Assembly (NCBI GenBank): GCA_947364715.1
Contig: CANAUI010000005.1
Location: forward strand, 1-61,794
From: an uncultured Clostridium sp.
GTDB lineage: Bacteria; Bacillota; Clostridia; TANB77; CAG-508
Length of the DNA stretch: 61,794 nucleotides
Direction: 5' to 3'
Shown here: positions 29,089-37,932 of the stretch, piece after piece
How the letters are laid out: every line of letters begins with the position of its first letter
Position numbering within the stretch: the first letter of the stretch is position 1
Program-made: the position numbers and the translations under genes
The notes under the pieces: model-generated
The model's input: the letters and a program-made list of their open reading frames with translations, nothing else
The model's database searches: none
Told to the model about the DNA's origin: nothing

Positions 29089-30351
29089 TTAATTTCCTCC
29101 TACCTCATCAGTTGCTGAACCTGGTTTGCTTAATCCTACATCAATTGTTAATGCACCACCTAGTGAAGCATAGTTGATACAGTCAACATCTTGACCTTCT
29201 AGCCATACATACATTCTCATATGAATATATTTACCTGGAGCTACTGAGAAGTCAGATGTTCCATCTTCAGCACTTTGTAATTGTATTGGGTCTGCTCCTA
29301 TACCTCTATTAGATGTTTGGTTTGTATATTGTCTTTTTAATCCATTTGCTGTTGCTCCTGTATCCCAATTATATATATCATCTATAGTTCCCTTTGTTAC
29401 AGAAGCTCCTGTTAAAGCATATGTAGGTATAGCACTATCTGCTGTAAATCTGTTTGTTGCTGGTATAGTAAATTCTGTTCTATCTGCATTTGAGAATGTT
29501 ACTTTATTATTGTTTTGTAATATGTAATTAACATGAGCAGCATATTTTGTTATTGCTGTACTAATATCTCCTTCTTGTGCACCACTTGCATTTGGTTCCC
29601 AAATAGCTACATCTGATATCTTACGAGCATCACCAGTAGTTGCAGCTAAGATTTGGTCTTGTGTTGGTGTTTTACTAACTAATGTGTTATCTTCTAAGTC
29701 AGGATCTTCATCATAAATAGCAAATGCTACTCTTAATGTATTTTGTAAACCTGTTGATTCTTTTGTAGTATCATTTAATACTATTGCTGAATTTCCTTCA
29801 AGTTGAAGTATGTCAGCTATATTTCCATCAATTGAAGTTTGAGCAGATGAGTTTTGTAAGAAGAAATCAATTGCATAATATCCTGCATTACTATCAGCAA
29901 CAAGTTTTGCAATAGTATTTAATTTCTTTCCTCCCTCAATTTCTCCTCTATACATATTGAAATCACTTAATCCAATACCTTCCCCAGTTTGTGCTGTTGT
30001 AGAAACTGGTAATAATTCACTTGGTACCAAGTTTGTACGTCCAGCATAAGGTTTTGCTAATGATCTCATTTGATCTGGGTCAGTAAGACCTAAGTCAGCA
30101 TTTGTTTGTCTAAAATACTCTATTGCATTATTTGATAAATCAATTTCATTTGCCCAGTTTAAAGCATCTAATGAAATTTGTAGACCTTCTGCTACATTTA
30201 CTCTACCTTCTAATCCACCTAATGTTACGTTTCTCTGTGTAGAAAACCATGCATATGTTGATACAATCAATAAGATTGCTGTAAATGCTACTAATAAAAT
30301 TAATGCATTTAATTTTTTTCTTGAGTTTCTTTTAATATTTTCTTCTCTCAT
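29089..30351 (-). CDS. SipW-signal (TYAWFS) secreted protein; probable major TasA/BsaA-like fibre subunit
   Basis: KKLNALILLVAFTAILLIVSTYAWFSTQ, matching the T[FY]A[YW]F[SN] signal class of TasA/CalY. RBS AAGGAG. Consensus promoter upstream of its two-gene unit and a strong terminator downstream. Confidence 0.7.
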   Translation of the reverse strand: MREENIKRNSRKKLNALILLVAFTAILLIVSTYAWFSTQRNVTLGGLEGRVNVAEGLQISLDALNWANEIDLSNNAIEYFRQTNADLGLTDPDQMRSLAKPYAGRTNLVPSELLPVSTTAQTGEGIGLSDFNMYRGEIEGGKKLNTIAKLVADSNAGYYAIDFFLQNSSAQTSIDGNIADILQLEGNSAIVLNDTTKESTGLQNTLRVAFAIYDEDPDLEDNTLVSKTPTQDQILAATTGDARKISDVAIWEPNASGAQEGDISTAITKYAAHVNYILQNNNKVTFSNADRTEFTIPATNRFTADSAIPTYALTGASVTKGTIDDIYNWDTGATANGLKRQYTNQTSNRGIGADPIQLQSAEDGTSDFSVAPGKYIHMRMYVWLEGQDVDCINYASLGGALTIDVGLSKPGSATDEVGGN

Positions 30352-30407
30352 TTTTTTCTCCTTTTCTTTTTTTAAATAAATTTATATATATAAGCTTATA
30401 AACAATT

Positions 30408-31205
30408 TTATCTTTCATCTTGTGGTAGTTCATCTTCTTGCAATATGTGTTCTTCTGTAAGAGTCATATGCATTTTAATTTCTCCACCTATCAAATCATC
30501 TAAACATTCTGGGTCATCTCCCTCTACCCAAACTACAACTGTCCATTTATCAATATCACCTACTTTGAAGTTTTCTGTTAATTCTAACATAACAGTATCT
30601 TCATCTTTAAATGCTGTTGTTTCAGGCTCAGGTTTTCCTGTTTGTCTATTATTTTTTGCATAAACGATTTTTTCACCATTTTTAAAAACCATTACTCTAA
30701 TTGCTTCATCTACATTTTTTACAACATCATCTATTTTTATGGTTGTCCAATAATTTATAACATCTTGTCCCATATTTTCTGCATAAAATGTGTATGCTAT
30801 GTAATTTCTACCATTATGTGAGCCATTTCCTTCATTATCTATGTTTTCTGGTAACCAATTTATAGATATATCTGTAAAAAATTCAATGTCATCTGACCTT
30901 AAAAATGTTCTTGTATATTTATTTTCAGGCTCTTCATATATAACTAGCCCACTTTCTCTTCCATATTCACTATCTAGTGTTACTGTAAAATTTTCTCCTT
31001 TATAAAATATGGATAATACAATATATACATTAATTACAAGTAATATAATAAGTATTAAAAATATTTCAAAGGCAATTCGTCTTTTATTTTTTCTTTTTTC
31101 CTTTTTTGCTTTTTTTTCTAATTTTTGCCCTAATGTTGTTTCATTAATTTGTTCTTCTAGTGTTGGTGCATTTTGTAATTGTATATTTGTTTCTTCATTT
31201 GCCAT
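30408..31205 (-). CDS. TM-anchored paralog of the fibre subunit (TapA-like anchor/nucleator candidate)
   Basis: Lys-rich cytoplasmic N-terminus, one TM helix, no YAWF cleavage motif. C-terminal VVVWVEGDDPECLDDLIGGEIKM aligns with MYVWLEGQDVDCINYASLGGALTI of the 29089-30351 product. Confidence 0.5.
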   Translation of the reverse strand: MANEETNIQLQNAPTLEEQINETTLGQKLEKKAKKEKRKNKRRIAFEIFLILIILLVINVYIVLSIFYKGENFTVTLDSEYGRESGLVIYEEPENKYTRTFLRSDDIEFFTDISINWLPENIDNEGNGSHNGRNYIAYTFYAENMGQDVINYWTTIKIDDVVKNVDEAIRVMVFKNGEKIVYAKNNRQTGKPEPETTAFKDEDTVMLELTENFKVGDIDKWTVVVWVEGDDPECLDDLIGGEIKMHMTLTEEHILQEDELPQDER

Positions 31206-31254
31206 AATTTCACCTAGTTCCCTTAAAATATCTTTTTCAACATTTTACATTGAA

Positions 31255-31283
31255 ATTATACTTAATCTTTTATTTTTTGTCAA
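31255..31283 (-). promoter_or_regulatory. Consensus sigma-A promoter
   Basis: Minus-strand TTGACA (31278-31283), exactly 17 nt spacer, TATAAT (31255-31260). About 50 nt upstream of the ATG at 31205. Confidence 0.7.
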
Positions 31284-31292
31284 CGAATTTGT

Positions 31293-31321
31293 TGTTACAT
31301 TTATGTTACAATTTTGTTACA
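31293..31321 (-). promoter_or_regulatory. Three direct TGTAACA boxes phased at 11 bp, immediately upstream of the -35
   Basis: Plus-strand tgttaca at 31293-31299, 31304-31310 and 31315-31321. The spacing and TTAACA-like core resemble OmpR/PhoB-family response-regulator sites. Confidence 0.5.
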
Positions 31322-31346
31322 TTTTTCCAGTTTTTTTATCATTTTT

Positions 31347-32045
31347 TTATGTATTTGACCTTATCATTGAGCTTGTTATTTTTACAGTTATTTCTATTGC
31401 TTTAGAAGGATTATTATTTTGATTTTGATAATATTCATAAGCATCTTTTCCAAATCTTGTATCTAATATGTCTTTTGCTAAATTTTCATCTTCTGTTCCA
31501 GTTCCTTGATAATCCCAACTAGATTTAAATTTGAAAGTTGCTCCAGACATTGGAGTTGTTGTATCATCTACATATTCTCCATCTAATCTAGTTCTATCAT
31601 AAGTATATTCTATTTTAAAAGGATATTTTGTATCATCTGCAAATATATTTACTGTATTCCCTTCAGTATGAATTATATTATTTTCTTCTAATTGGTCTAA
31701 TATTTCTCTACCAAAAATTTTTACAGAGGTTAACTCATAATTTATGCTTGTACTTGTTGTACTCATATTATATATGCGTACAATGTCTTCTCTATCAGGC
31801 ATTCCTGGATATAATTCATCTATTGTAAATGTAACATTTTCATCTAATACTTCTTTATCATCTACATAATATCTAATATCCCAAGGTGTTACATCAGCTT
31901 CTAATCCTTGAAGGTCAACTGGCGAATTTGCATTAAACCATGCATATGTATTTATTATTAATATTACAGAAAATGTCAAAATCAATAAAATTCTAAATGT
32001 CATACTTTGTTTTTTGACTCGTCTAAGTTCACGTAATATATTCAT
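31347..32045 (-). CDS. SipW-signal (TYAWFN) secreted TasA-like protein
   Basis: FRILLILTFSVILIINTYAWFNANSP then VTPWDIRYY. 232 aa. RBS GGAGG. Confidence 0.65.
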   Translation of the reverse strand: MNILRELRRVKKQSMTFRILLILTFSVILIINTYAWFNANSPVDLQGLEADVTPWDIRYYVDDKEVLDENVTFTIDELYPGMPDREDIVRIYNMSTTSTSINYELTSVKIFGREILDQLEENNIIHTEGNTVNIFADDTKYPFKIEYTYDRTRLDGEYVDDTTTPMSGATFKFKSSWDYQGTGTEDENLAKDILDTRFGKDAYEYYQNQNNNPSKAIEITVKITSSMIRSNT

Positions 32046-32105
32046 AATACCTCCATTCTATCTTTTGTTTTTCCCTTCTATTTCTTTTTTACTTTTATCT
32101 TCTAA

Positions 32106-32822
32106 TTAAGTGTTATCCTCATCTTCTATATCTTCATCTATATATTCCTCAAATTCTTCTATGTCTTCTTCAACTTCTTCCATATCTTCATCTATTTCTT
32201 CGTCTATTTCTTCTTCATAATTTTCTTCATAAATATCTTCTTCTAATTCATCATATGTATTGGCAATTTTTCTTACTTTATGTTTTTTTGCTTTTTTTGG
32301 TGTATTAAATGCTACAAATACATTTAATACTAAAACAATAATTATAAAAAATACTGAATATATGTTAGTAGCTAAATCATATAATATTGTTAACAGAGCA
32401 GATTTATATTTTACAATACCATATATTTGTTCTTCTCTAATGTTAGGGTCTTCAAAACTGTCACTTTGTAAACCTTTTGCATGAAAAATTAAATCTCCAT
32501 TTTCTTCTTTATCAATTCCAATAACATTATGCATGATAACTCTGTCACCTAAATATACAATATCATCTCCAATTTTAATATCTTTAGGAGATATTTGTTT
32601 ACTTATAACAACTTCTCCAACTTGATATTCTGGCTCCATACTTCCTGTAATAACTCTAAAAATTCTATATCCACCTATTGATTTATTACTATTGCTTACT
32701 TTTTGTAAAACAATTACTAATGTCAAAAGTAAAGCTATTATTACAAGTACTTGATACAATATTACAAATATGACTTTTATTATTTTTTTTGGATTAATTT
32801 TTGGTCCATCATCTTTACTCAT
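32106..32822 (-). CDS. SipW-type (S26B) signal peptidase paralog 5, with long acidic C-terminal tail
   Basis: TGSMEPEY (Ser motif), IMHNVIG (His), AKGLQSDSFEDP in place of KGDNN. C-terminal TM then a ~55-aa D/E-rich tail. Confidence 0.75.
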   Translation of the reverse strand: MSKDDGPKINPKKIIKVIFVILYQVLVIIALLLTLVIVLQKVSNSNKSIGGYRIFRVITGSMEPEYQVGEVVISKQISPKDIKIGDDIVYLGDRVIMHNVIGIDKEENGDLIFHAKGLQSDSFEDPNIREEQIYGIVKYKSALLTILYDLATNIYSVFFIIIVLVLNVFVAFNTPKKAKKHKVRKIANTYDELEEDIYEENYEEEIDEEIDEDMEEVEEDIEEFEEYIDEDIEDEDNT

Positions 32823-32825
32823 AAT

Positions 32826-33446
32826 TTACTCCTCTACTTTATAATTATCTCTCAATTTCTTTATTTCATATTTTTTCCTTTTGATTTTTCTATTATTTAT
32901 CACATTTTCTCTAAAGTTAGCTAAAATACATATAATTACAATTAGAATAAATATATTTATAAATCCTGTTACATTTTGTATGTAATTAACTATTTTTCCT
33001 ATTTTAGGAATAACATATACCACTTTACCAAATATATCTTGTGTATTTACTGACTCTATATCTTCTACTTTATTATTATCCCCCTTAGTAATAAATTGTT
33101 TCTCATTTTTGTTTTTTACAATTTTTGAAATTCTATGTGATATTATTCTATCATCTTGCTTAAAAGTTATAATATCTCCTTTTTGTAATTCTTCATAATA
33201 ATAACTTTTTACAATTGCTAAATCATCTTTATAAAATGTTGGTTCCATACTTTCTGAAACTATATTAAACATATATATTCCAAAAATATGTGTTTTTTCT
33301 TCTATTGTTAACATTAAATTAACAATAAAAAGGAAGATTAAACTAATTAGTATAATAAATTTTATTATTTTTTTAGTTCTTTTTTTATTTTTTATTTTAT
33401 GAGAGATTTTTTTAACATCATATTCCAATTTTGTTCTCAGCTCCAT
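32826..33446 (-). CDS. sipW: SipW-type signal peptidase paralog 4 (canonical motifs)
   Basis: SESMEPTF, ISHRI, TKGDNNKVED. N- and C-terminal TM helices. Stop lies 3 nt before the next paralog's start. Confidence 0.85.
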   Translation of the reverse strand: MELRTKLEYDVKKISHKIKNKKRTKKIIKFIILISLIFLFIVNLMLTIEEKTHIFGIYMFNIVSESMEPTFYKDDLAIVKSYYYEELQKGDIITFKQDDRIISHRISKIVKNKNEKQFITKGDNNKVEDIESVNTQDIFGKVVYVIPKIGKIVNYIQNVTGFINIFILIVIICILANFRENVINNRKIKRKKYEIKKLRDNYKVEE

Positions 33447-33463
33447 AATTTTCTTTTGCAGTG

Positions 33464-35083
33464 TTATTTTTTTAACATTTCTTTTACACTTATAATATAT
33501 TCTAAATCTTTAACAGAAAATTTACTTTTTTGAATATTATTATAATTGTTTATAATTTTTACTTTTCTAATTAAATCTTCTATACTATCTTCTTCAAAAT
33601 TTTCTTTTGAAATTTGCATTCCTAATAGTTTATATTTATCTTTAATTATAATTGATAATTCTTTTGTATCACTTATTTTTACATGATTGATAACTGTGAA
33701 ATCAGAAAAATTAATAAATTTTCTAATTTTTTTAGCATTTTCTCCAATCTCTTTGTCTGTTATATCTTCATTATGTTTTATCATTGCTTTAGCCATATAT
33801 CCATAATAACTACTTGCAAATTTTAATACATCAAATAATGATGATGTTTCATCTAAGTGTTCAAGTATTTTTTGTTTTATAATTTCTTCATCTAATTCCA
33901 TATATTTTTTCTTTAAGTCTAAAACTAAATTATTTCTTTGTAAAATAGAAATATTATCTTTCTTTCCATTTGATTTTTTTCTATCAAAAAATAATTTATT
34001 TGGTTTATCAATTTTAGAATTTAATTTAAATATTTCTATTTGTAATTTTTTTATTTCTTCTTGTATTAACTCATATTGTGTTTTTTTGACTTTTTTATCT
34101 TTATTTGCTTGATTATTTTTTAATAATTCTTGTCTTATTTGTAATACTTCTTCTACTAAAAATTTATATTCCAAATATTTTGCATATTCTTCTAAATTAG
34201 TATTTAATTTATAAATGTTTTCATTTATTTCATTTTTTTCAATATCTGATAAATCTTCCACATCTTTATCTATTAATTCTATATAGATTTTTTTATAATT
34301 TTCTTCTTTATAATCATTTATATTTAAGCTACCTGTGTAAAATTTATCAAGAATATTTTTGTTGTCTATATCTTCTATTTTATTCTTTTTTTTGATTAAT
34401 TCTGCCTTTTTATCAGCAACACCTTCTACTGTTAAAGAAAGATTTCTTAAAATCTCTTGTGCTTTTTCATTATAAAATTTGTCTATTTGTTTTTCATATT
34501 TATCATAAATATATCTTATATTTACATATAAATGTGATACTACATCTGAACATGCCCAATATACTTTTTCAAACTGATTTTTTACAGCTTCTGAATTTAT
34601 ATCTCCATTATAGGCTTCTTTTAATAAGACTTCCATATATTTTTTTGAATATTCACTTATACAAAAATCTTCTGCTGTTAATTTTATTCCTACTTTTTCA
34701 AATTGTTTAATACTAAAAATCAGTTCTTTGTTTAATCTTTCTAAGTTACTTTTATAATAACCATTTACATTATATATAGTACGGTCTAACTCCATTTTTT
34801 CAAATGAAGAACGTATATCTGTATTTTTTTCTGCAATATTATATTGCAATATTTCTTGTTCTATTTGAGGAATCTCTACATTTTCTTCTACTGTTGTTAG
34901 TTCATTATATCTATTTTCTATTTCTTCTAATAATTTTTGATTTAAGTTTTCATATTTTTCAATCATGTCATTTATTGTTTTTGATAATGTTTTGATTGCC
35001 TTTATACCATTTCTTGGTAATACAGAAATAACTTCTTTATCTGTTGTTATTTGTTTTTCTATATTTTCTACTAACTCTTTCAC
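33464..35083 (-). CDS. Cytoplasmic coiled-coil protein of unknown function (539 aa)
   Basis: No signal or TM segment. K/E/L-rich heptad-like text throughout. The GTG start overlaps the stop of the upstream 45-aa ORF (TCGTGA). Confidence 0.5.
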   Translation of the reverse strand: MKELVENIEKQITTDKEVISVLPRNGIKAIKTLSKTINDMIEKYENLNQKLLEEIENRYNELTTVEENVEIPQIEQEILQYNIAEKNTDIRSSFEKMELDRTIYNVNGYYKSNLERLNKELIFSIKQFEKVGIKLTAEDFCISEYSKKYMEVLLKEAYNGDINSEAVKNQFEKVYWACSDVVSHLYVNIRYIYDKYEKQIDKFYNEKAQEILRNLSLTVEGVADKKAELIKKKNKIEDIDNKNILDKFYTGSLNINDYKEENYKKIYIELIDKDVEDLSDIEKNEINENIYKLNTNLEEYAKYLEYKFLVEEVLQIRQELLKNNQANKDKKVKKTQYELIQEEIKKLQIEIFKLNSKIDKPNKLFFDRKKSNGKKDNISILQRNNLVLDLKKKYMELDEEIIKQKILEHLDETSSLFDVLKFASSYYGYMAKAMIKHNEDITDKEIGENAKKIRKFINFSDFTVINHVKISDTKELSIIIKDKYKLLGMQISKENFEEDSIEDLIRKVKIINNYNNIQKSKFSVKDLEYIISVKEMLKK

Positions 35084-35217
35084 GAATTTTCCTCCTCTAG
35101 TTTTTTAACTGTTTCATATTCTCCATTTAAAAATTTTAAAAAGCTTTCTACTTGTTTTTTAGTATCTAACAATTCACCATTTTCTAAATCAGATGTTTTT
35201 ATATTTTTTAATTCCAC
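35080..35217 (-). CDS. 45-aa ORF translationally coupled to the coiled-coil protein gene
   Basis: RBS GAGGTGA 5 nt before the GTG at 35217. VELKNIKTSDLENGELLDTKKQVESFLKFLNGEYETVKKLEEENS. Its stop overlaps the next start. Confidence 0.35.
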   Translation of the reverse strand: MELKNIKTSDLENGELLDTKKQVESFLKFLNGEYETVKKLEEENS

Positions 35218-35243
35218 AATGCTCACCTCTTTTTTTATCTTTT

Positions 35244-35906
35244 TTAAGTTGTTGTTTCTTCTTCTGGTAGTATATATTGTGTAAATGTCATCATTGCTTT
35301 ATATTTTAAAGTAGTATGTAAATTATCTTCTTGTTGTTCTCCTCTAAATTGTGTATCAGCTTTATTATCCATACTATTTTCTTCACCATCATTCCATCTA
35401 AATAAGATTCTATATTCTCTTTTCTTTTCTCCTACACTATTTACTTCATCTATTGGATTAATAATACCTTTTATTTCTGAAGTTTGATTTGTTTCTATTA
35501 TAGTCTTTGTTCCATCAACTATATCCCATATCTCGTATCCATAAATCTCAAAATCTTCTAATGGTGTTTCATTTAATTGTTCTATAGAAAATTCATATTC
35601 AAAAGTCACATCTACATCTGTATAATCAATTAACATTTCGAAATATCCAGTTTGCCCTGGTACTAATATATCAGGATTTATATTATCACTTCTTGTAAAA
35701 ATTGGCTCTATAACTTCATTTAGTGTTTCTGTATCATGTATAACCATATCATTTACTTTAACTAACCATCTTTTGATATTAGTATTATATGTAGTATCAA
35801 CTTGTTCAAAATATCTTGCATAGGTTTTTTGTATAAAAAAGATAGTAATAATTAAAGAGATTAAACATAATATTTGAATAATTTTAATCTTATTTTTTTC
35901 TTTCAT
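35244..35906 (-). CDS. Secreted protein with class-2 SipW-like signal (TYARY)
   Basis: IIQILCLISLIITIFFIQKTYARYFEQ then RWLVKVND. C-terminal FRWNDGEENSMDN motif is shared with the other cargo proteins. Confidence 0.55.
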   Translation of the reverse strand: MKEKNKIKIIQILCLISLIITIFFIQKTYARYFEQVDTTYNTNIKRWLVKVNDMVIHDTETLNEVIEPIFTRSDNINPDILVPGQTGYFEMLIDYTDVDVTFEYEFSIEQLNETPLEDFEIYGYEIWDIVDGTKTIIETNQTSEIKGIINPIDEVNSVGEKKREYRILFRWNDGEENSMDNKADTQFRGEQQEDNLHTTLKYKAMMTFTQYILPEEETTT

Positions 35907-35928
35907 TAATTTTTCCTTTCTATCTTTT

Positions 35929-36612
35929 TCATTTTTTTCTTCTAAAAATTCTAAAGGCTACATATATTGTTAATGGCAATATTCCACAAAAATAGAAAAT
36001 ATATTTATTATTTAGTAACATACAAATTAATGATAAAATATACATTTTTGTTTGAACAACACCATTAATTTGCTCTGCTTTTATAACAGGGTCTTTTGTA
36101 GTCCCAATGGCAATTCCTTGTGTTTGAAAGCTTTTTTGACCATTTACTTCTTTTATATCTATCACTCTATGTGTAACAAGCTTTCCTTGCATTGCTCCTA
36201 CTTCTCCTTGATATGTTACATCATCACCAATTTGAATTTTATTTGGGTCTACTTCTTTAACAAGTATAACATCACCAATTTGATATTTAGGAATCATACT
36301 TCCTGTTTGTACTCTAAATACCCTAAATCCTAAAAATGATTCTTCATTATTTGTTACTTTTTGTACTACTATGATTATAGAAATAAATATGACAATACAT
36401 GTTAATATTTGGGTAAATATTTTCCATATAATTTTTAAACCTTTACTAGCAAATCTTCCTTTTCTTTTTTGTTCTGCATTTTTGGTATTTTTTTGTTGAT
36501 TATTTTTTATTTTGTCTTCACTTTTTTCAGTAACTTTTTTATTACTTTTTTCCTCTTTGTTTATAATATTGTTACTTTCTTTTTCTTCTCTTTTGTCATT
36601 GATTTTTTTCAT
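35929..36612 (-). CDS. SipW-type signal peptidase paralog 3, with Lys-rich N-terminal extension
   Basis: TGSMIPKY, VTHRVI, QGIAIGTTKDP. About 60-aa K/E/N-rich cytoplasmic N-terminus. The start codon abuts the stop of the upstream gene (36612/36613). Confidence 0.75.
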   Translation of the reverse strand: MKKINDKREEKESNNIINKEEKSNKKVTEKSEDKIKNNQQKNTKNAEQKRKGRFASKGLKIIWKIFTQILTCIVIFISIIIVVQKVTNNEESFLGFRVFRVQTGSMIPKYQIGDVILVKEVDPNKIQIGDDVTYQGEVGAMQGKLVTHRVIDIKEVNGQKSFQTQGIAIGTTKDPVIKAEQINGVVQTKMYILSLICMLLNNKYIFYFCGILPLTIYVAFRIFRRKK

Positions 36613-37734
36613 TTATTTTAACCTCACTTCTTTTGCTTGTATCATATATTTTTCAATTCTTTCTTTAAATCTATCTTCTATTGGTTTTAAAGAAATTATT
36701 TTTTTGGTTTTCATCATTAAAATCTTTTCTGAAATTAATTTATTAATGTCTTTTTCTGTCATATCAGGATTTAATTCTATAATCCTTTCAATCATGGCAT
36801 CTGTTAGTTCTTTTGCCATTTTATTATCTTCTAATGCTGATTTTGCTTTTCTTTTTAAGGTATTACTATCATCTGTTTTTTTGAAGATAGAATATAGTAA
36901 AAATATGTCTTCATCTACTAATTCTTTTATCATTCCTTTTTCTTCATATTGACTATTTTCATTTATTGTTTTGTCTTTTAATTCCATTTGCTCATTTAGA
37001 TAATTCCATAGTTTTACAGCATACTGAAAATTAACATTTTTTAACAAAACATTTGTCATTTTTAATGGTGATTTTACATATGTTGCTTTTTTTGCAACTA
37101 ATATTTGATAAACTTCAGTCTGTTTTAACATTTTTAATGAATTTGTTATGTTTGCTATTTTTTCTGATGTTTTATCTGCCTTTGTTATTCCTGTTATTCT
37201 TTCAGAATCATATTCCATTTTTATATTAATTTTTTCTCTACCTAATTTAATATCTGCTTGGTAATTTGCTCTTTGATGACTTTTTCCTTTGTATTCTTCA
37301 TCTTTTTCTTTTCCTCTTATATATATAAAGTCTTCTATTAATTTAATTAAAGTATATAAAAATCTATTTTCATAATTAAGAAAGGTTTCTTCTTTATATG
37401 CATTTAAAATCTTTTTTGGAATTACTTCTCCAGTTTGTTGATTATACTTATCCACAAGATTTACATTTTTTGATAAATGTTTTACACTTTCTACTGTTAC
37501 TTTTTTTATTAATTCGATTTTTATAATTTCTTCTTCTGTTATAATATTTTTTATTTCTTTTGTTAATGCTTTTTCTAAATATGGAATGGTAAATTCAACC
37601 ATGTTTATCCATTCATCATTTTCTACAACATGACTTTTATCTACATCCATTATTAATTTTGAATCAATTTTATTAAGAAATTTTGTTGAATTTTCCTTTT
37701 CCATATTTGCAAATCTTACAATATTTAAGTCCAT
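36613..37734 (-). CDS. Cytoplasmic protein of unknown function, partner of the McrB-like NTPase
   Basis: RBS GGAGGAG before the ATG at 37734 (the track start at 37755 is a TTG inside the repeat). 373 aa, no TM. Contains YENRFLYTLIKLIEDF. No PD-(D/E)xK motif recognised. Confidence 0.5.
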   Translation of the reverse strand: MDLNIVRFANMEKENSTKFLNKIDSKLIMDVDKSHVVENDEWINMVEFTIPYLEKALTKEIKNIITEEEIIKIELIKKVTVESVKHLSKNVNLVDKYNQQTGEVIPKKILNAYKEETFLNYENRFLYTLIKLIEDFIYIRGKEKDEEYKGKSHQRANYQADIKLGREKINIKMEYDSERITGITKADKTSEKIANITNSLKMLKQTEVYQILVAKKATYVKSPLKMTNVLLKNVNFQYAVKLWNYLNEQMELKDKTINENSQYEEKGMIKELVDEDIFLLYSIFKKTDDSNTLKRKAKSALEDNKMAKELTDAMIERIIELNPDMTEKDINKLISEKILMMKTKKIISLKPIEDRFKERIEKYMIQAKEVRLK

Positions 37735-37745
37735 TTTCTCCTCCG

Positions 37746-37853
37746 AAGTTGCCAAAAGGGACGTGTTTATTTGGCAACTTTTATAAATTTTTAAAATTTA
37801 CCTTATATCATTTTACAGAAGTTGCCAAATAGACACGTCCCTTTTGGCAACTT
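37746..37853. repeat. 35-bp inverted repeat pair flanking a 38-bp AT-rich spacer
   Basis: 37746-37780 AAGTTGCCAAAAGGGACGTGTTTATTTGGCAACTT versus the reverse complement of 37819-37853: 34/35 identical. Each arm is itself palindromic at its ends (GTTGCCAAA...TTTGGCAAC). Confidence 0.85.
37802..37828 (-). promoter_or_regulatory. Candidate extended -10 promoter inside the inverted-repeat cassette, facing the downstream genes
   Basis: Minus-strand TTGGCA (37823-37828), 15 nt, TGaTATAAG (37802-37810). Confidence 0.35.
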
Positions 37854-37915
37854 TGGCGACTTTGGCAACGCTGGCGACTCTGGCGACTTTTGGCAACCTT
37901 GACAACCTTGGCAAC
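37844..37915. repeat. Eight tandem 9-bp units YTGRCRAC (TTGGCAAC/TTGGCGAC/CTGGCGAC/TTGACAAC)
   Basis: Unit starts at 37844, 37853, 37862, 37871, 37880, 37890, 37899 and 37908 (spacing 9,9,9,9,10,9,9). Locally much more GC-rich than the surroundings. Lies between the NTPase stop (37933) and the IR cassette. Confidence 0.85.
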
Positions 37916-37932
37916 TTTTGGAAATTTATCAA

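Noticed and set aside
37844-37932. Possible small ORF across the 9-bp repeat array (e.g. TTG-LINFQKLPRLSRLPKVARVASVAKVAKVAKRDVSIWQLL)
   Set aside because: No ATG or RBS. The single 10-bp unit breaks repeat-frame coherence. The sequence is better explained as a DNA-level binding-site array.
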